Shown: positions 40,729 through 53,391, counted from the first letter of the stretch. The stretch is 64,000 nucleotides of DNA from Candidatus Uhrbacteria bacterium (GCA_016206085.1 JACQSF010000022.1:3191-67190); one strand, 5' to 3'. Numbers and translations: made by a program. Notes: a model not told the origin generated them from the sequence alone.

Positions 40729-41019
40729 ATGAAGAAGGAAATCCATCCAAATTACACCACCAACGCAAAGATCACCTGTGCCTGCGGTGCGACCTACAAA
40801 ATCGGTTCGACCAGCCCAGAACTCCAGGTTGAACTCTGTGCCGCCTGCCATCCATTCTATACCGGTAAGCAGAAGATCATCGATACGGCTCGTCGTGTGG
40901 AAAAATTCCAGGAGCGCTCCGCCCTGAAGACCGGAGCTAAAACGGGTAAGAAGGCAAAAGCCGCGAAGCGCAGCGCGCAGAAGGTTGCCAAACGCGAAGA
41001 GAAGGAAAAGGCTCAGTAG
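40729..41019 (+). CDS. rpmE: 50S ribosomal protein L31
   Basis: MKKEIHP.Y, CACG, C..CHPFYTGKQ. Confidence 0.96.
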   Translation: MKKEIHPNYTTNAKITCACGATYKIGSTSPELQVELCAACHPFYTGKQKIIDTARRVEKFQERSALKTGAKTGKKAKAAKRSAQKVAKREEKEKAQ

Positions 41020-41058
41020 ATGGTACAATCAAGGCGTCCACCAGGACGCTTTTGCATT

Positions 41059-42132
41059 ATGAATCTCATTGAACAACTCCGCTCCAGACGGGAGCACCTC
41101 AAAGAACTGGAAACGCAGCTCTCGTCGGCAGCGGTTCTTTCTGATCCACAAAAAATCCGGGAGGTAAATGAAGCGTACGCGAGTGAGCGTGAAGTTATGG
41201 AAGTTGGCGAGCGATATGAAAAAGCTGTGCGAGACTTAGAAGGCGCCCGAGAGACCATCGCGACGACAAAGGACGCGGAACTTATCGAATTAGCTCAACA
41301 AGAAATTGCCGATGTTGAGTCGCGTCTTCCTGGCCTTGAACACGATCTCACCGTCGCCCTGATTCCCCCCGATCCACTCGACACAAAAAGCATCATCGTC
41401 GAAATTCGAGCGGGGGCGGGCGGAGATGAGTCAACACTCTTTGCCTCTGAACTCTTGCGCACGTATACACTCTATGCAGAAACACATGGGTGGAAGGTTG
41501 AACTTGTCTCGGCTAACCGAAGCGATGTGGGTGGATTCAAAGAAGTCATCGTCGAAATCAAGGGACTCAACGCCTACAGCCGGTTGAAGTATGAGTCCGG
41601 TGTGCATCGTGTCCAACGTGTCCCAGAAACAGAAAAAACAGGCCGTGTCCACACATCCACGGTGACGGTGGCCATCATGCCGGAAGTCGAAGAAGTCGAC
41701 GTAAAGATTCGACCTGAGGATCTTGAAACCCAAGCAACGACCTCACAGGGGGCTGGTGGACAAAGCGTCAACACGACCTATTCGGCCGTGCGCATCACCC
41801 ACATCCCAACCGGTCTCATGGTGTATTGCCAAGAAGAACGTTCGTTCAAACAAAATAAGGAGCGCGCGCTGTCGATTATTCGCTCTCGGGTGTTTGCCCT
41901 TGAACAAGAACGCCTACGGAAAGAACGCGAGGAAGCGCGACGCGGACAAGTTGGAACTGGGGATCGAAGCGAAAAAATTCGTACCTATAATTTCCCACAG
42001 GATCGCCTCACCGATCATCGCATCAACCAAAACTTTCATAATCTCCCTGCCATCATGAACGGAGGATTGGATGAAATTATTGAAGAGCTCAAGCGCGCCG
42101 AAATCGAGCAACGTCTGAGTGAACTGGGATGA
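41059..42132 (+). CDS. prfA: Peptide chain release factor 1
   Basis: EIRAGAGG.E, GVHRVQRVPETE (PxT), GAGGQ, RSEKIRTYNFPQ. Confidence 0.97.
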   Translation: MNLIEQLRSRREHLKELETQLSSAAVLSDPQKIREVNEAYASEREVMEVGERYEKAVRDLEGARETIATTKDAELIELAQQEIADVESRLPGLEHDLTVALIPPDPLDTKSIIVEIRAGAGGDESTLFASELLRTYTLYAETHGWKVELVSANRSDVGGFKEVIVEIKGLNAYSRLKYESGVHRVQRVPETEKTGRVHTSTVTVAIMPEVEEVDVKIRPEDLETQATTSQGAGGQSVNTTYSAVRITHIPTGLMVYCQEERSFKQNKERALSIIRSRVFALEQERLRKEREEARRGQVGTGDRSEKIRTYNFPQDRLTDHRINQNFHNLPAIMNGGLDEIIEELKRAEIEQRLSELG

Positions 42133-42133
42133 T

Positions 42134-42784
42134 ATGCAAGCGGTCATCCTCGCAGCTGGCAAAGGCGCGCGCCTGCGACCTCTCACGCATACAATCCCCA
42201 AACCTCTGATCAACATCGGCGGCAAGACGTTGATTGAACGAGCCCTAGAGGCGCTTCCTGATTCCATCGACGAAATCTTTGTCGTTGTGAATCACCTGCG
42301 TGAACAAATCATTGAAACAGTCGGCCCAACATGGAACAACAAACCAATCCGCTACGTGGTCCAGGAACCTCTGAGCGGCACGGCCGGAGCCGTCCACCTT
42401 TTGCGCGGACATCTCTACGGATCCTTCCTCGTCATCAACAGTGACGACCTCTACAAAAAGGAAGATCTAGAGCGGCTGGTTTCCTATCCGCGCTCGATCC
42501 TCGTCTATGAATCAGGCAAGCATCTTGAGGCAGGAGCACAGATCGAGCAGGGTCGATTCACCGGACTGGGATCTGGAAGCCTCGCGGTGTGTGGGGCTTA
42601 TGTCCTTGGATCAGAATTTTTCGATGTGGAGCCGGTCGAAATCTATGTCAACGCTCATCGCGAGTACGGACTTCCACAAACAATCGTCACATTAGCCAAG
42701 CAACAAACGATCACGGTCGTGCAAGCAACATCCTGGCAACAAGTCGGGACACATGAAGAGCTTCAACACGCTCGAACCTTATGA
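42134..42784 (+). CDS. Sugar-phosphate nucleotidyltransferase family protein
   Basis: ILAAGKGARLRPLT...PKPL, GTAGA. Confidence 0.85.
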   Translation: MQAVILAAGKGARLRPLTHTIPKPLINIGGKTLIERALEALPDSIDEIFVVVNHLREQIIETVGPTWNNKPIRYVVQEPLSGTAGAVHLLRGHLYGSFLVINSDDLYKKEDLERLVSYPRSILVYESGKHLEAGAQIEQGRFTGLGSGSLAVCGAYVLGSEFFDVEPVEIYVNAHREYGLPQTIVTLAKQQTITVVQATSWQQVGTHEELQHARTL

Positions 42785-43689
42785 CCATCATGGAAGCCCT
42801 CCAATGGGCCAATAATAAACTACGCAAAGCCGGCGTCGACTCCCCCATGCTCGACGCAGAAATTTTGCTTGCGTACTGCCTAGACACCTCTAAGGCGTGG
42901 TTGTTTGCGCACTTCGCCGACAAACTCAAGTCGCACCAGGAGGAAAAATTTTTTGGTCTTATTGATCGTCGAGAACATCGTGAGCCGGTGGCGTACCTTG
43001 TCGGGAAAAAAGCATTCTATGGACGCGACTTCGTTGTAAACAAGCACGTCCTCATCCCACGACCAGAGACAGAGGTGATGGTTGAGCTGGCGGTCAATGC
43101 GCTTGCAGACAAAGATCCTGAGCGCGCGCTCGTTGCGGATCTCGGTACAGGCTCGGGTGCGATCGCTGTCACACTCGCGGCAGAGACACATCTGCCTGTC
43201 ATCGCCATCGACATAGATACAGAGGCACTTACTGTTGCGAAAAAAAATGCCGAGGTGCTCGCCCTGGAAACGACCGTCGAATTTCAAGCAGGCAACCTCG
43301 CCGAGCCAATCATTCGTATTTTTAAAACCATCCGCGGGTCAACAAATGTCCAGACCTCCTCGGTCTATCCCTTTAAGACGCTTGTTGTCGCCGCCAACCT
43401 TCCCTATCTTTCCGAGGTGAGTATGGACAATCTCCAAGCGGAAGTCCGTCATGAGCCCGAGCTTGCTCTGCGTGCTGGCGTCGATGGATTGGATGCCTAC
43501 TGGGAACTATTCCGCCAATTACGTACTGACCGTAAAATCCTGCCGCGCGAGCTCATCGTGTTCATCGAGATCGACCCCGAGCAACGCCAAGCCGCCGAGA
43601 AACTCATCCTCCACAATTTCCCCAGCGCGAAACTCGAAACCCACCAAGACCTCCACGGTGATGACCGAGTGATCGAGGTGCACATCTAA
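42781..43689 (+). CDS. prmC: Release factor glutamine methyltransferase
   Basis: EPVAYLVG, LIPRPETE, DLGTGSGAIA, NLPY. Confidence 0.93.
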   Translation: MTIMEALQWANNKLRKAGVDSPMLDAEILLAYCLDTSKAWLFAHFADKLKSHQEEKFFGLIDRREHREPVAYLVGKKAFYGRDFVVNKHVLIPRPETEVMVELAVNALADKDPERALVADLGTGSGAIAVTLAAETHLPVIAIDIDTEALTVAKKNAEVLALETTVEFQAGNLAEPIIRIFKTIRGSTNVQTSSVYPFKTLVVAANLPYLSEVSMDNLQAEVRHEPELALRAGVDGLDAYWELFRQLRTDRKILPRELIVFIEIDPEQRQAAEKLILHNFPSAKLETHQDLHGDDRVIEVHI

Positions 43690-43720
43690 AACCCCCGCCT
43701 CACAAGGGCGGGTGTTTTTA
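43688..43720. terminator. Bidirectional terminator
   Basis: aaaacccccgcc-tcacaa-gggcgggtgtttt between convergent genes. Confidence 0.6.
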
Positions 43721-44785
43721 CTCGATTCGAATGTCTTCCTCGCTCCCCACGATCTCGATCCATGTGATCCCGGCGTTCATCACAATCTCTTCGCCGGTCG
43801 TGCGGTTGTAAAACTTCAGTCGCTCTGAGGAAGACGGTTTTTTCCACATCGCTTCGATCACGATTCCATCTTGGAGAACATATCCCTCTCCTTCTCCTGT
43901 TGTCCGAATCTCCCGTCGTCCGACGTTGTCGATGATTTCGATCTCCGTCACGACGACCGCGATGTTATCGGCGACGATCTGCTCTCCTGCCTCTGTCACA
44001 TGTGGCTCATTAAATTGCGATCGCAGGTACTGTCCGGTCTCTCCGTCATACTTCCAATCTACAAGATACACCGGCGACCAAAAATCGACATGCAGTCCTG
44101 TCCCATCCTTTCCTGTGGGCTCCGGATCCTTCCATGTCCAAAGGTCATAGAGTCGAGCCGGAGCGACACCTGCCTCCTCGCGCACCCGATAAAAAGCATT
44201 CAATAATTCACTGGAGGTAAACACGTTGTGCGGAGCAAATCGATTTCCATTCGCCCGCCAAAAATACTCACCCCACCAGTATTGATTCATATCGAATGTT
44301 CCTCCTGAGGCAATCAAATCAAGAGCTTCGTTGGAGCCACCTACATGCGCGTAAACCGCATCAAATTCACTCGCCCAATCCAAGTAATACGGACGAGCTG
44401 ATCGAACAGGGCCGATCTGCTCCACTTCAACCTCCTGCGAGAAAAACGCCAATATGCGAGATATCCCGGCTTCCACCGGCGCCTCGATCACCAAAAACGC
44501 TTGGTCGATCCCCGCTGGAGGCCAAGCCTCTTCGTGGTTGTCGATCATGACAGAAAAAACTTGGGGGAGATCAATCTGTTCGTACATGGTCACTCCCGTC
44601 AGCGGGTGACGATACAGTGTTTGTGACACATCTGACTGCTCCGTCTCCCCTTCCTGAATGCGGAACACGAACTTTGGCAACACGGCAGCCACCAACACCG
44701 CCAAGACCAGCACAACAAGAAGACCGACCAACATGAGCCGGTCGGTTTTCTTGATCCGTGCGATGAGGCTACGGATATCGATCAT
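43718..44785 (-). CDS. DUF3048-family protein
   Basis: PLTG, VMIDN, EAPVE.GI.R, GPVRSAR.Y, APHN. Confidence 0.85.
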   Translation of the reverse strand: MIDIRSLIARIKKTDRLMLVGLLVVLVLAVLVAAVLPKFVFRIQEGETEQSDVSQTLYRHPLTGVTMYEQIDLPQVFSVMIDNHEEAWPPAGIDQAFLVIEAPVEAGISRILAFFSQEVEVEQIGPVRSARPYYLDWASEFDAVYAHVGGSNEALDLIASGGTFDMNQYWWGEYFWRANGNRFAPHNVFTSSELLNAFYRVREEAGVAPARLYDLWTWKDPEPTGKDGTGLHVDFWSPVYLVDWKYDGETGQYLRSQFNEPHVTEAGEQIVADNIAVVVTEIEIIDNVGRREIRTTGEGEGYVLQDGIVIEAMWKKPSSSERLKFYNRTTGEEIVMNAGITWIEIVGSEEDIRIE

Positions 44786-44786
44786 G

Positions 44787-45500
44787 TTATTTTTTGTCTG
44801 CTTTCTTCTCTCCTGCTTCCTTCGCGTCTGGAGCAGCCGCTCCTTCTTCGCCTTCGCCTTCTTCTTCCTTCTTCTCCTTGGCGACCTCTACGGCTGTAAC
44901 GTCCATTTCAACAGCTGAATCAAGTTCCTTTAGCTCTTCTTCCGTGCGTGGTGGTTCAACCGCAGCGATCGTAATATCGGCATCCTCTAAAATCTTGATC
45001 CCTTCTGGAACCTGAAGATCACAAACATGGATCGCATCCTCAAATGTCACAAGCGTGCTGATGTCTACTTGAATCGAACGAACGAGTTTGGATGGAAGCG
45101 CACGAATCTCGACACGCTCAAGCGATGGAATAAATGTTCCTCCCAAAGCTTTTACAGCGGCAGATTCTCCGACGAATTCAAGCTCCACTTCAGTTTCGAT
45201 CTCTTTGTTCATGTCGATGGAACGAAAATCGATGTGCGTATACTCATTTCGCAATGGATCGATCTGATAATCCTGGATGAGAACATGTAGAGGTAATGCC
45301 CCGTCAATCTGTAATTCCACAATCGAAGACTCACCAGCCTTCTGATACATTTTTACAAATTGATTCCGATCCACCGTCAGTGTCAGTGGTTGGATTCCGG
45401 CTCCGTACACAATGGCAGGTACGGCACCTGCCGCACGCAAAACAGAGGTTTTGCGACCTTTTTCTGTTCGTGTCTTCGCCTCAAGGATGTGATCTGTCAT
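44787..45500 (-). CDS. rplY: 50S ribosomal protein L25/Ctc
   Basis: LR..G.VPAIVYG, Q.DP....HIDF. Confidence 0.93.
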   Translation of the reverse strand: MTDHILEAKTRTEKGRKTSVLRAAGAVPAIVYGAGIQPLTLTVDRNQFVKMYQKAGESSIVELQIDGALPLHVLIQDYQIDPLRNEYTHIDFRSIDMNKEIETEVELEFVGESAAVKALGGTFIPSLERVEIRALPSKLVRSIQVDISTLVTFEDAIHVCDLQVPEGIKILEDADITIAAVEPPRTEEELKELDSAVEMDVTAVEVAKEKKEEEGEGEEGAAAPDAKEAGEKKADKK

Positions 45501-45586
45501 ACAAATTCAAGATAAGCGCGGCTATTGTGCTGTAGGAGGGAATAAAAGTCAAACAACCCTGAAAGAGACCGTTCAAAACTCTCCCA

Positions 45587-45997
45587 CTAGCGTGTCGCTT
45601 TACTTTCTTGTTGTTTTCTCTCGCGTCGTTCCAGGACATGCCGAACTTGTTCTTGAGCGGCTCTGCCAAGCTCTTGTTCCCAGCCACCTCCCCCCAACAT
45701 CCGGTGCACATCAATCACGTCGTCTACACACACACTGCCACATGAACGGACTCGCACGACATCGGCATAAGAGAGGTCTGTAAGCACACCAACTGAACTC
45801 GCCCCAACCTGGTTCACCAGAACTAAGGCAAGGATCGAATGCTGACACTTTCGACATTGAACATGCAGAAGATGCGCTTCTCCTTGCTCCCCTAAAAGCC
45901 GAGCCTCCATCGGGTTGTAACGGGTTTCACAAACCGGGCAAAATGAGACGAGTTTGAGTCCTTCGTTCCAAAGTTCTGAACCAAGGTGTGTCGACAT
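45587..45997 (-). CDS. Hypothetical Zn-ribbon protein
   Basis: CPVC...H..CRKC. Confidence 0.6.
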   Translation of the reverse strand: MSTHLGSELWNEGLKLVSFCPVCETRYNPMEARLLGEQGEAHLLHVQCRKCQHSILALVLVNQVGASSVGVLTDLSYADVVRVRSCGSVCVDDVIDVHRMLGGGGWEQELGRAAQEQVRHVLERRERKQQESKATR

Positions 45998-46035
45998 ATA
46001 CGTTTACGATAACATACCTCCCTCGCACTGGCCAC

Positions 46036-47157
46036 TTATCCACGATTACGAGATGCGATACTCTGGGCAATCGCAAAAAGACTCACCATCACCACAAGAG
46101 AACTCCCTCCATAACTCACAAACGGAAGTCCAATCCCTGTGACCGGAAACAGTCCCAAATTCATTCCAATATTCACCAAAAACTGAAGGAAAAAAACCGT
46201 AACAATTCCCAAAAGAAGATAACACGTGAAATCGTCTTTCGCCCGTGAAACCTGACGCAAGAGACGATAGAACACAAGCGCAAACGCCCCAATCAAAAGC
46301 GTGACACCAAAAAAACCTAATTCTTCCGCAACAACCGCAAAAATAAAATCCGTCTGACTCTCCGGTAAAAACTTCAGTTGGCTTTGAGTGCCAAATCCTA
46401 AACCCGATCCAAACCACCTCCCAGATCCCACAGCGATGATCGCCTGGGCCACATTGTACCCCTGACCCAGGGGATCAATGCTGGAATCAAGAAAGGTCAT
46501 GATGCGGTCACGTTGATAGTCCGCAAAAAAAAAGTTCCAGCCTAAGCCAAACAAACCTCCCGCGGCTCCCACCATGACGAGCAGGTAACGCCACGGGATT
46601 CCCGCATACAAAAGAAAGAAGACCCAGATTCCGACGAGGATCGCAGAGGAACCAAAGTCCGGCTGCAACATCACAAAAAAAACCGGCAAAAACGTGATCC
46701 CCGCGGTCTCCAAAAATGTCCGCAGATCAAACGACCGTTTCCCACGTCTAGCAAAGTACGCTGAGAGGCCGATGATAAGGGCGATCTTCATGAATTCCAC
46801 CGGCTGAAAACTCACCGGTCCCATCACATACCACCCTGTTGCCCCGCGAACCGTCTCACCAAAAATGAGCACTCCGATGAGAAGCGCAAGACACACGAGG
46901 TAGAGAATAAGTGCGTAGTTCTGTAAGAGACGATAGTTGGAAGACACGACAAAAACAAAAACACCGACTCCCAACAGCAGCGCAGCGATCTGTTTTTTCA
47001 CATGAACGAATTCGGCGGCGTCTTGAGAAAGTTCGACAGAATAAATAGCTGCAAGCCCTAACAAGACAAGTCCAAAGACCGCAAGCAGAAGTATCCAATC
47101 CATGCCGCGCACGTGGCGAGAGAGTCGTGAAAGATGAGTCTGAAGAGGTGATGCCAT
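46036..47157 (-). CDS. rodA: Rod shape-determining SEDS protein RodA
   Basis: FQPVEFMK, QPDFG, YQ..RI, LPE..TDFIFA, TGI.LPF.SYGGSS. Confidence 0.92.
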   Translation of the reverse strand: MASPLQTHLSRLSRHVRGMDWILLLAVFGLVLLGLAAIYSVELSQDAAEFVHVKKQIAALLLGVGVFVFVVSSNYRLLQNYALILYLVCLALLIGVLIFGETVRGATGWYVMGPVSFQPVEFMKIALIIGLSAYFARRGKRSFDLRTFLETAGITFLPVFFVMLQPDFGSSAILVGIWVFFLLYAGIPWRYLLVMVGAAGGLFGLGWNFFFADYQRDRIMTFLDSSIDPLGQGYNVAQAIIAVGSGRWFGSGLGFGTQSQLKFLPESQTDFIFAVVAEELGFFGVTLLIGAFALVFYRLLRQVSRAKDDFTCYLLLGIVTVFFLQFLVNIGMNLGLFPVTGIGLPFVSYGGSSLVVMVSLFAIAQSIASRNRG

Positions 47158-47159
47158 GA

Positions 47160-48083
47160 CTAACGGGTGAAGACGCGTGTTCTCGTATCGCGCGTGCTCT
47201 CCCCTTGGAGCGGTTTATACACCTCTACATCGAAAATGTTGAGCTCAGGGACAATCTGCACCTGGCTCACGCTGGGGAGCGTGCCAAACCAATTGACCGT
47301 CACTTCCGTTTCCACTCCACTTTCTAAACTGGAGAGCGTGGTGCGATTCACCCCAACAACCGAACTTCCGCGCAAAAGCAAAACAAAAAGACCTATGTCA
47401 TAGTAACTATAGGCCGTGTCATTTTCGATCGTGAAAGTTGTGCGACCAAAGGTCTGCCCATCAAAACGGGTCTCCTTTTCAAATGAAGAAGTCGAAACAA
47501 GGAAATTCAGACGGTCGCTCGCCCAAGTCTCATACTCGGAAATCGAATGATGGTCGACGCGATGCCATCGGACGTTCTCGATGATGAGACTCGCGGATTG
47601 AATTGGACTTACTGACTCCACGGCAAGCTCGGCCACAGGTTTTTCCTGCGTAGGCAAAATGAATCCTTCGCGAGACTCCGTCTGCTCACCATCGATCGAG
47701 TAGGCATACGTGAACTCGGCCCACCAATCACTGTTGGAATTTACGAGCGTCGTATAAAGATCATATCGACCATCGCCAATGGAAATGACGCGTCCTTCAC
47801 CTGCCTCCAAGTCCGTGGCGGCATTGCCAACGGTATACGCACGAAGATCAGATTGTCCTAATGCAACCATGCGCATGATCGCGTTTTGCTCGGCCCCATA
47901 GCTGATCGCAAACGCATCGAGAAGATGCCAACCGCCAAACAAAAGAAGGACCACATCTAACACAATGAAGATGCCAAATCCAATGCGTCTCAACGTCTCG
48001 CGGTGTGTCACCCACCACACGCTCAGTCGATAAAACCGTTTAAACTCTTTATCCTCCTGCAGGAGAAGGCCTCCTTCGTTCAT
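47160..48083 (-). CDS. Hypothetical membrane-anchored protein
   Basis: 307 aa, one TM, beta-rich extracellular part. Confidence 0.6.
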   Translation of the reverse strand: MNEGGLLLQEDKEFKRFYRLSVWWVTHRETLRRIGFGIFIVLDVVLLLFGGWHLLDAFAISYGAEQNAIMRMVALGQSDLRAYTVGNAATDLEAGEGRVISIGDGRYDLYTTLVNSNSDWWAEFTYAYSIDGEQTESREGFILPTQEKPVAELAVESVSPIQSASLIIENVRWHRVDHHSISEYETWASDRLNFLVSTSSFEKETRFDGQTFGRTTFTIENDTAYSYYDIGLFVLLLRGSSVVGVNRTTLSSLESGVETEVTVNWFGTLPSVSQVQIVPELNIFDVEVYKPLQGESTRDTRTRVFTR

Positions 48084-48111
48084 ACGAAGAAATTATAACA
48101 CGAACTGTCCA

Positions 48112-48153
48112 GTCCCCCTCCTTTTTAAGGAGGGGCTAGGGGTGGTTACGAGT
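48112..48153 (+). repeat. Family B 42-bp repeat (gtccccctcctttttaaggaggggctaggggtggttacgagt)
   Basis: Identical to 54849-54890; inverted copy lies inside folA. Confidence 0.9.
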
Positions 48154-48284
48154 TGTCGGACAGACAGATTGACTCTTCTTGAATTTTAGAGTTTCATGCT
48201 TTCTCCGCGTCATGTCGACTCGGAGATCTCAACATGTCGCCGACGGCCTAGAAACCAAGGCGACCCTCGTAGAAGAGGTAAAGA

Positions 48285-49286
48285 ATGGCAGAGCTCTTTG
48301 ACAGACCCATGAGCGAGCTGCGGGAGGCGTTCGTACGCGCGCGCTTCGCCGAGCCTGCGATGTTCGGTACGCACAACATCGAGAGGTATACCAAGGATTC
48401 AAAAGAACCACTGGCAAAGTTCTCGAGTCCGAGGTACTTCCTGGACAGTGCTGCCCCTGCCATGGACTACTACTACATGAACCACCTGGCCGCGACCTGG
48501 GGAATCAAACACGAAAGGAGCGAGGTGAAAATCGGGATCCTCGCTGAAAACGCGTCCGAGGTTGAAACCCCTCTCACGACGTTCCTCGGGGACAATCCCG
48601 ATGTCCGTGCGGGACTCAACGGACTGCTCGAGATGATGCGGCGAGGCGGCGCAAAACTGTACGATCCGCAGTCACACGACCTAAGCGACTTCGGTCACGG
48701 CTGTCGGAATCTCGTCGTCGTCAACAACAACAACGTCTACTCAGTTCGATACGAGTACTCGGGTCATTCCATCGATCTGCGGCAGGCCAGTGCGTATGAT
48801 ATCCACGAGGTTCTCGAGGGCGAGTTCACCCAGCACCGGGCTAGGGCACAACAGGCCATCCAACTGCTCGACCGCGAGTTCGTCCATGCGGTTCAGCTCG
48901 CCCGCGAGGCCGCCGAGCGTGACTTCGACGAGGCCTGCGCTGTCAGCGCGGACGGAACGAAGATCGTGAAGGCCGAATGGGTAGTGGTCGTGGACGGGAT
49001 GAAGACATTCCTCTACTCCGCCGCAGCATTCCGCGACGACTGCAAGGCAACGCTTCGGAATGAGCCCGGCGGTCGCCTTAGTCTGCCGACGATGGAGAAC
49101 TCCGAGGCAGGTGTGCGTGCGTACCTGACGCGCAACAGGAACATCGTGGCCGAATTCCGCACACGACTCATGGATTACCTGGTCTTCGACTGCGGAGGGT
49201 CTGATAACTCTTTCAAGGTGCTCTTCATCCGCGACGTCTTTTGCCCCCGCCCGCTTCGCGAGGACGGCATCGAGATCCGGATCTGA
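48285..49286 (+). CDS. Orphan hypothetical protein (333 aa)
   Basis: GAGG SD, GC-rich codon usage, followed by hairpins; no recognisable motif. Confidence 0.6.
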   Translation: MAELFDRPMSELREAFVRARFAEPAMFGTHNIERYTKDSKEPLAKFSSPRYFLDSAAPAMDYYYMNHLAATWGIKHERSEVKIGILAENASEVETPLTTFLGDNPDVRAGLNGLLEMMRRGGAKLYDPQSHDLSDFGHGCRNLVVVNNNNVYSVRYEYSGHSIDLRQASAYDIHEVLEGEFTQHRARAQQAIQLLDREFVHAVQLAREAAERDFDEACAVSADGTKIVKAEWVVVVDGMKTFLYSAAAFRDDCKATLRNEPGGRLSLPTMENSEAGVRAYLTRNRNIVAEFRTRLMDYLVFDCGGSDNSFKVLFIRDVFCPRPLREDGIEIRI

Positions 49287-49387
49287 CGACCCTACGAGCC
49301 AGCTCAGCTGGCCACGGCACCACACGCGTGGTGCTTTTCTATTCCCTTCGTTTACGCTAAACTAGTCGCGAAACTGACTACCTGTGA

Positions 49388-51439
<2,052 letters not shown>

Positions 51440-51501
51440 ATTCCCCTGGTGTACAGTCGCCTTAACAGCCCCCACCAGGGGGTTTTAAGATAAAAAATCT
51501 T

Positions 51502-51705
51502 ATGAAAAATCCGTTCCAGTGGCTAAGTCACTACCTACGTGAATCGCGCGAGGAATTACGCAAAGTCTCCTGGCCAAATCGCCAAACCACGACAAAATAT
51601 TCCCTCGTCGTCATTGGGCTGTGTCTTGTCTTGGCCGCCTTTTTTGGAGGTCTTGATTGGGTGCTCAACAAAGGCCTCGAATGGCTGATCCTCGTTACCA
51701 GCTAA
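51502..51705 (+). CDS. secE: Preprotein translocase subunit SecE
   Basis: ELRKVSWP plus TM, upstream of nusG. Confidence 0.93.
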   Translation: MKNPFQWLSHYLRESREELRKVSWPNRQTTTKYSLVVIGLCLVLAAFFGGLDWVLNKGLEWLILVTS

Positions 51706-51706
51706 T

Positions 51707-52252
51707 ATGGCAAAACAAACAGCCAATTTTGGACGCCGCTGGTTCGCAATCCACACCTATTCAGGCTACGAGGAGAACGTTGCTGAAAACCTAACCCAGC
51801 GTATTGAGACGATGGACATGGAAAACAAAATTTTTAACGTTCTCGTCCCAAAAGAAAAAAAGATCAAAATCAAAAACGGCAAGCGCAAGACCGTGGAAGA
51901 AAAAATCTTTCCTGGATATGTGCTGGTCGAGATGCTCGTGACGGATGATTCTTGGTACGTGGTGCGCAACACGCCCAACGTGACGGGATTCATCGGAACC
52001 GGTACCACCCCAACGCCGATCGCGGAGGAAGAAATGGACGCCCTCAAGAAGCGCATGGGCGTGGACGAACCTGAGTTTAAGATGGACGTTCAAAAAGGTG
52101 ACTCTGTGCAGATCACAGACGGTCCGTTTAAGAACCAGGAAGGCAAGGTCGCGGAAATCGACGAGGAGCGCGGCAAGATCAAGGTGCTCGTGAACCTCTT
52201 TGGTCGCGAAACCCCGGTCGAGCTCGACTTCTTGCAAATTAAGAAGACCTAA
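51707..52252 (+). CDS. nusG: Transcription termination/antitermination factor NusG
   Basis: HTYSGYE, FPGYVLV, VRNTPNVTGF, KOW, FGRETPVEL. Confidence 0.98.
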   Translation: MAKQTANFGRRWFAIHTYSGYEENVAENLTQRIETMDMENKIFNVLVPKEKKIKIKNGKRKTVEEKIFPGYVLVEMLVTDDSWYVVRNTPNVTGFIGTGTTPTPIAEEEMDALKKRMGVDEPEFKMDVQKGDSVQITDGPFKNQEGKVAEIDEERGKIKVLVNLFGRETPVELDFLQIKKT

Positions 52253-52257
52253 TACCT

Positions 52258-52755
52258 ATGTCTCCACGTCGCATTCTTGAAATCGGACCTGGACCAAATC
52301 CCCTCCACTATCGTGGTGAGGAGAAGCGTCTTCAACTGGAAGAGGGTGAAGAATATCACGGTGTAGATCAATCCAAGAGAATCTTTGAGAGTGAGGTCTG
52401 GGAACGAGCCAAAACGGAGTACGGCGACCGAGTGTTTCTCTATGAAGGTGACCGCGCCGACCTCAAAGATATTGAGGACGCAAGCATGGATGAAGTGATC
52501 GCTTTAGGGACGCACGGCCAGGACGGGAGAATCGTGGCAGAATTCAATCGAGTTCTTCGACCAGGGGGGAAAATTTTGTTGGGGGTTCCGTTGCCCAGCC
52601 AAGAGCGACTCCTCTCAAGCTGGGGCGTCCGACTCAATCGAGCTGGCTACACTTCGCTTCCTTCAGAGACAAAAAACTACAACTACAGAGGAAACATGAA
52701 GGAAAGCCGACCTTACATCGTTCTGGTCTGGCAAAAAGGAAACCCATCTCGTTGA
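52258..52755 (+). CDS. Class I SAM-dependent methyltransferase-like protein
   Basis: ILEIGPG, GVD, SMDEV, E..RVLRPGG. Confidence 0.7.
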   Translation: MSPRRILEIGPGPNPLHYRGEEKRLQLEEGEEYHGVDQSKRIFESEVWERAKTEYGDRVFLYEGDRADLKDIEDASMDEVIALGTHGQDGRIVAEFNRVLRPGGKILLGVPLPSQERLLSSWGVRLNRAGYTSLPSETKNYNYRGNMKESRPYIVLVWQKGNPSR

Positions 52756-52838
52756 CAAATTTAGCCATTTCAACAATAATCTCATCGCTTAACCCCTAGC
52801 CGTGGTTGCTCGCACTCGCGGGAATCCACTTAAATACT

Positions 52839-53261
52839 ATGGCAAAGAAACTTGTTACCCAGGTCAAACTCCAGATTCCTGGAGGAGCGGCCACTCCTGC
52901 TCCACCAGTAGGTCCAGCTCTTGGTCAGCACGGTCTCCCGATCGGCGACTTCGTCACCAAGTTCAACGCCGCGACACAGGATCGCCGCGGTGAGACCGTT
53001 CCGGTTATCATCAATGTCTACGAAGATCGAACCTTCGACTTCGTGACCAAAACGGCCCCAGCTTCTGACATGATCATGAAGGCGGCTGGCATTAAGAAGG
53101 GTTCAGCAAACCCACTCACCACGAAGGTGGGAACGATTACAAAAGCCCAGCTTCAGGAGATCGCCGAAAAGAAAATGCCTGACCTCAACGCCAATGACAT
53201 CGAGGCCGCGATGAAAATCATTGCCGGCACAGCACGTCAGATGGGAGTTGAAATCAAATAG
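52839..53261 (+). CDS. rplK: 50S ribosomal protein L11
   Basis: [28 protein letters not shown]. Confidence 0.98.
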   Translation: MAKKLVTQVKLQIPGGAATPAPPVGPALGQHGLPIGDFVTKFNAATQDRRGETVPVIINVYEDRTFDFVTKTAPASDMIMKAAGIKKGSANPLTTKVGTITKAQLQEIAEKKMPDLNANDIEAAMKIIAGTARQMGVEIK

Positions 53262-53265
53262 CATA

Positions 53266-53352
53266 GGTAGAAAAGGTAGATAAGGTGGAAAAGGTGGCAT
53301 AATTTTGCAACCTCTTATCTACCTTATCCACCTTCGCCACCTAATCCACCTA
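53266..53352. repeat. Inverted pair of 9-mer tandem arrays (AGGTGGAAA-like)
   Basis: ggtagaaaaggtagataaggtggaaaaggtgg ... ctaccttatccaccttcgccacctaatccacct. Confidence 0.65.
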
Positions 53353-53355
53353 TAT

Positions 53356-53383
53356 GTGGGAGGCCTTGTGCCGTTACCACCAC
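53356..53383 (+). promoter_or_regulatory. Putative L1-binding mRNA site before rplA
   Basis: GTGGGAGGCC..GCCGTTACCACCAC hairpin, similar to L1 autoregulatory sites. Confidence 0.6.
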
Positions 53384-53391
53384 GAACTCAT

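Noticed and set aside
51440..51501. tRNA expected upstream of secE
   Set aside because: The gap is only about 60 bp and has no cloverleaf or TTCGA arm.
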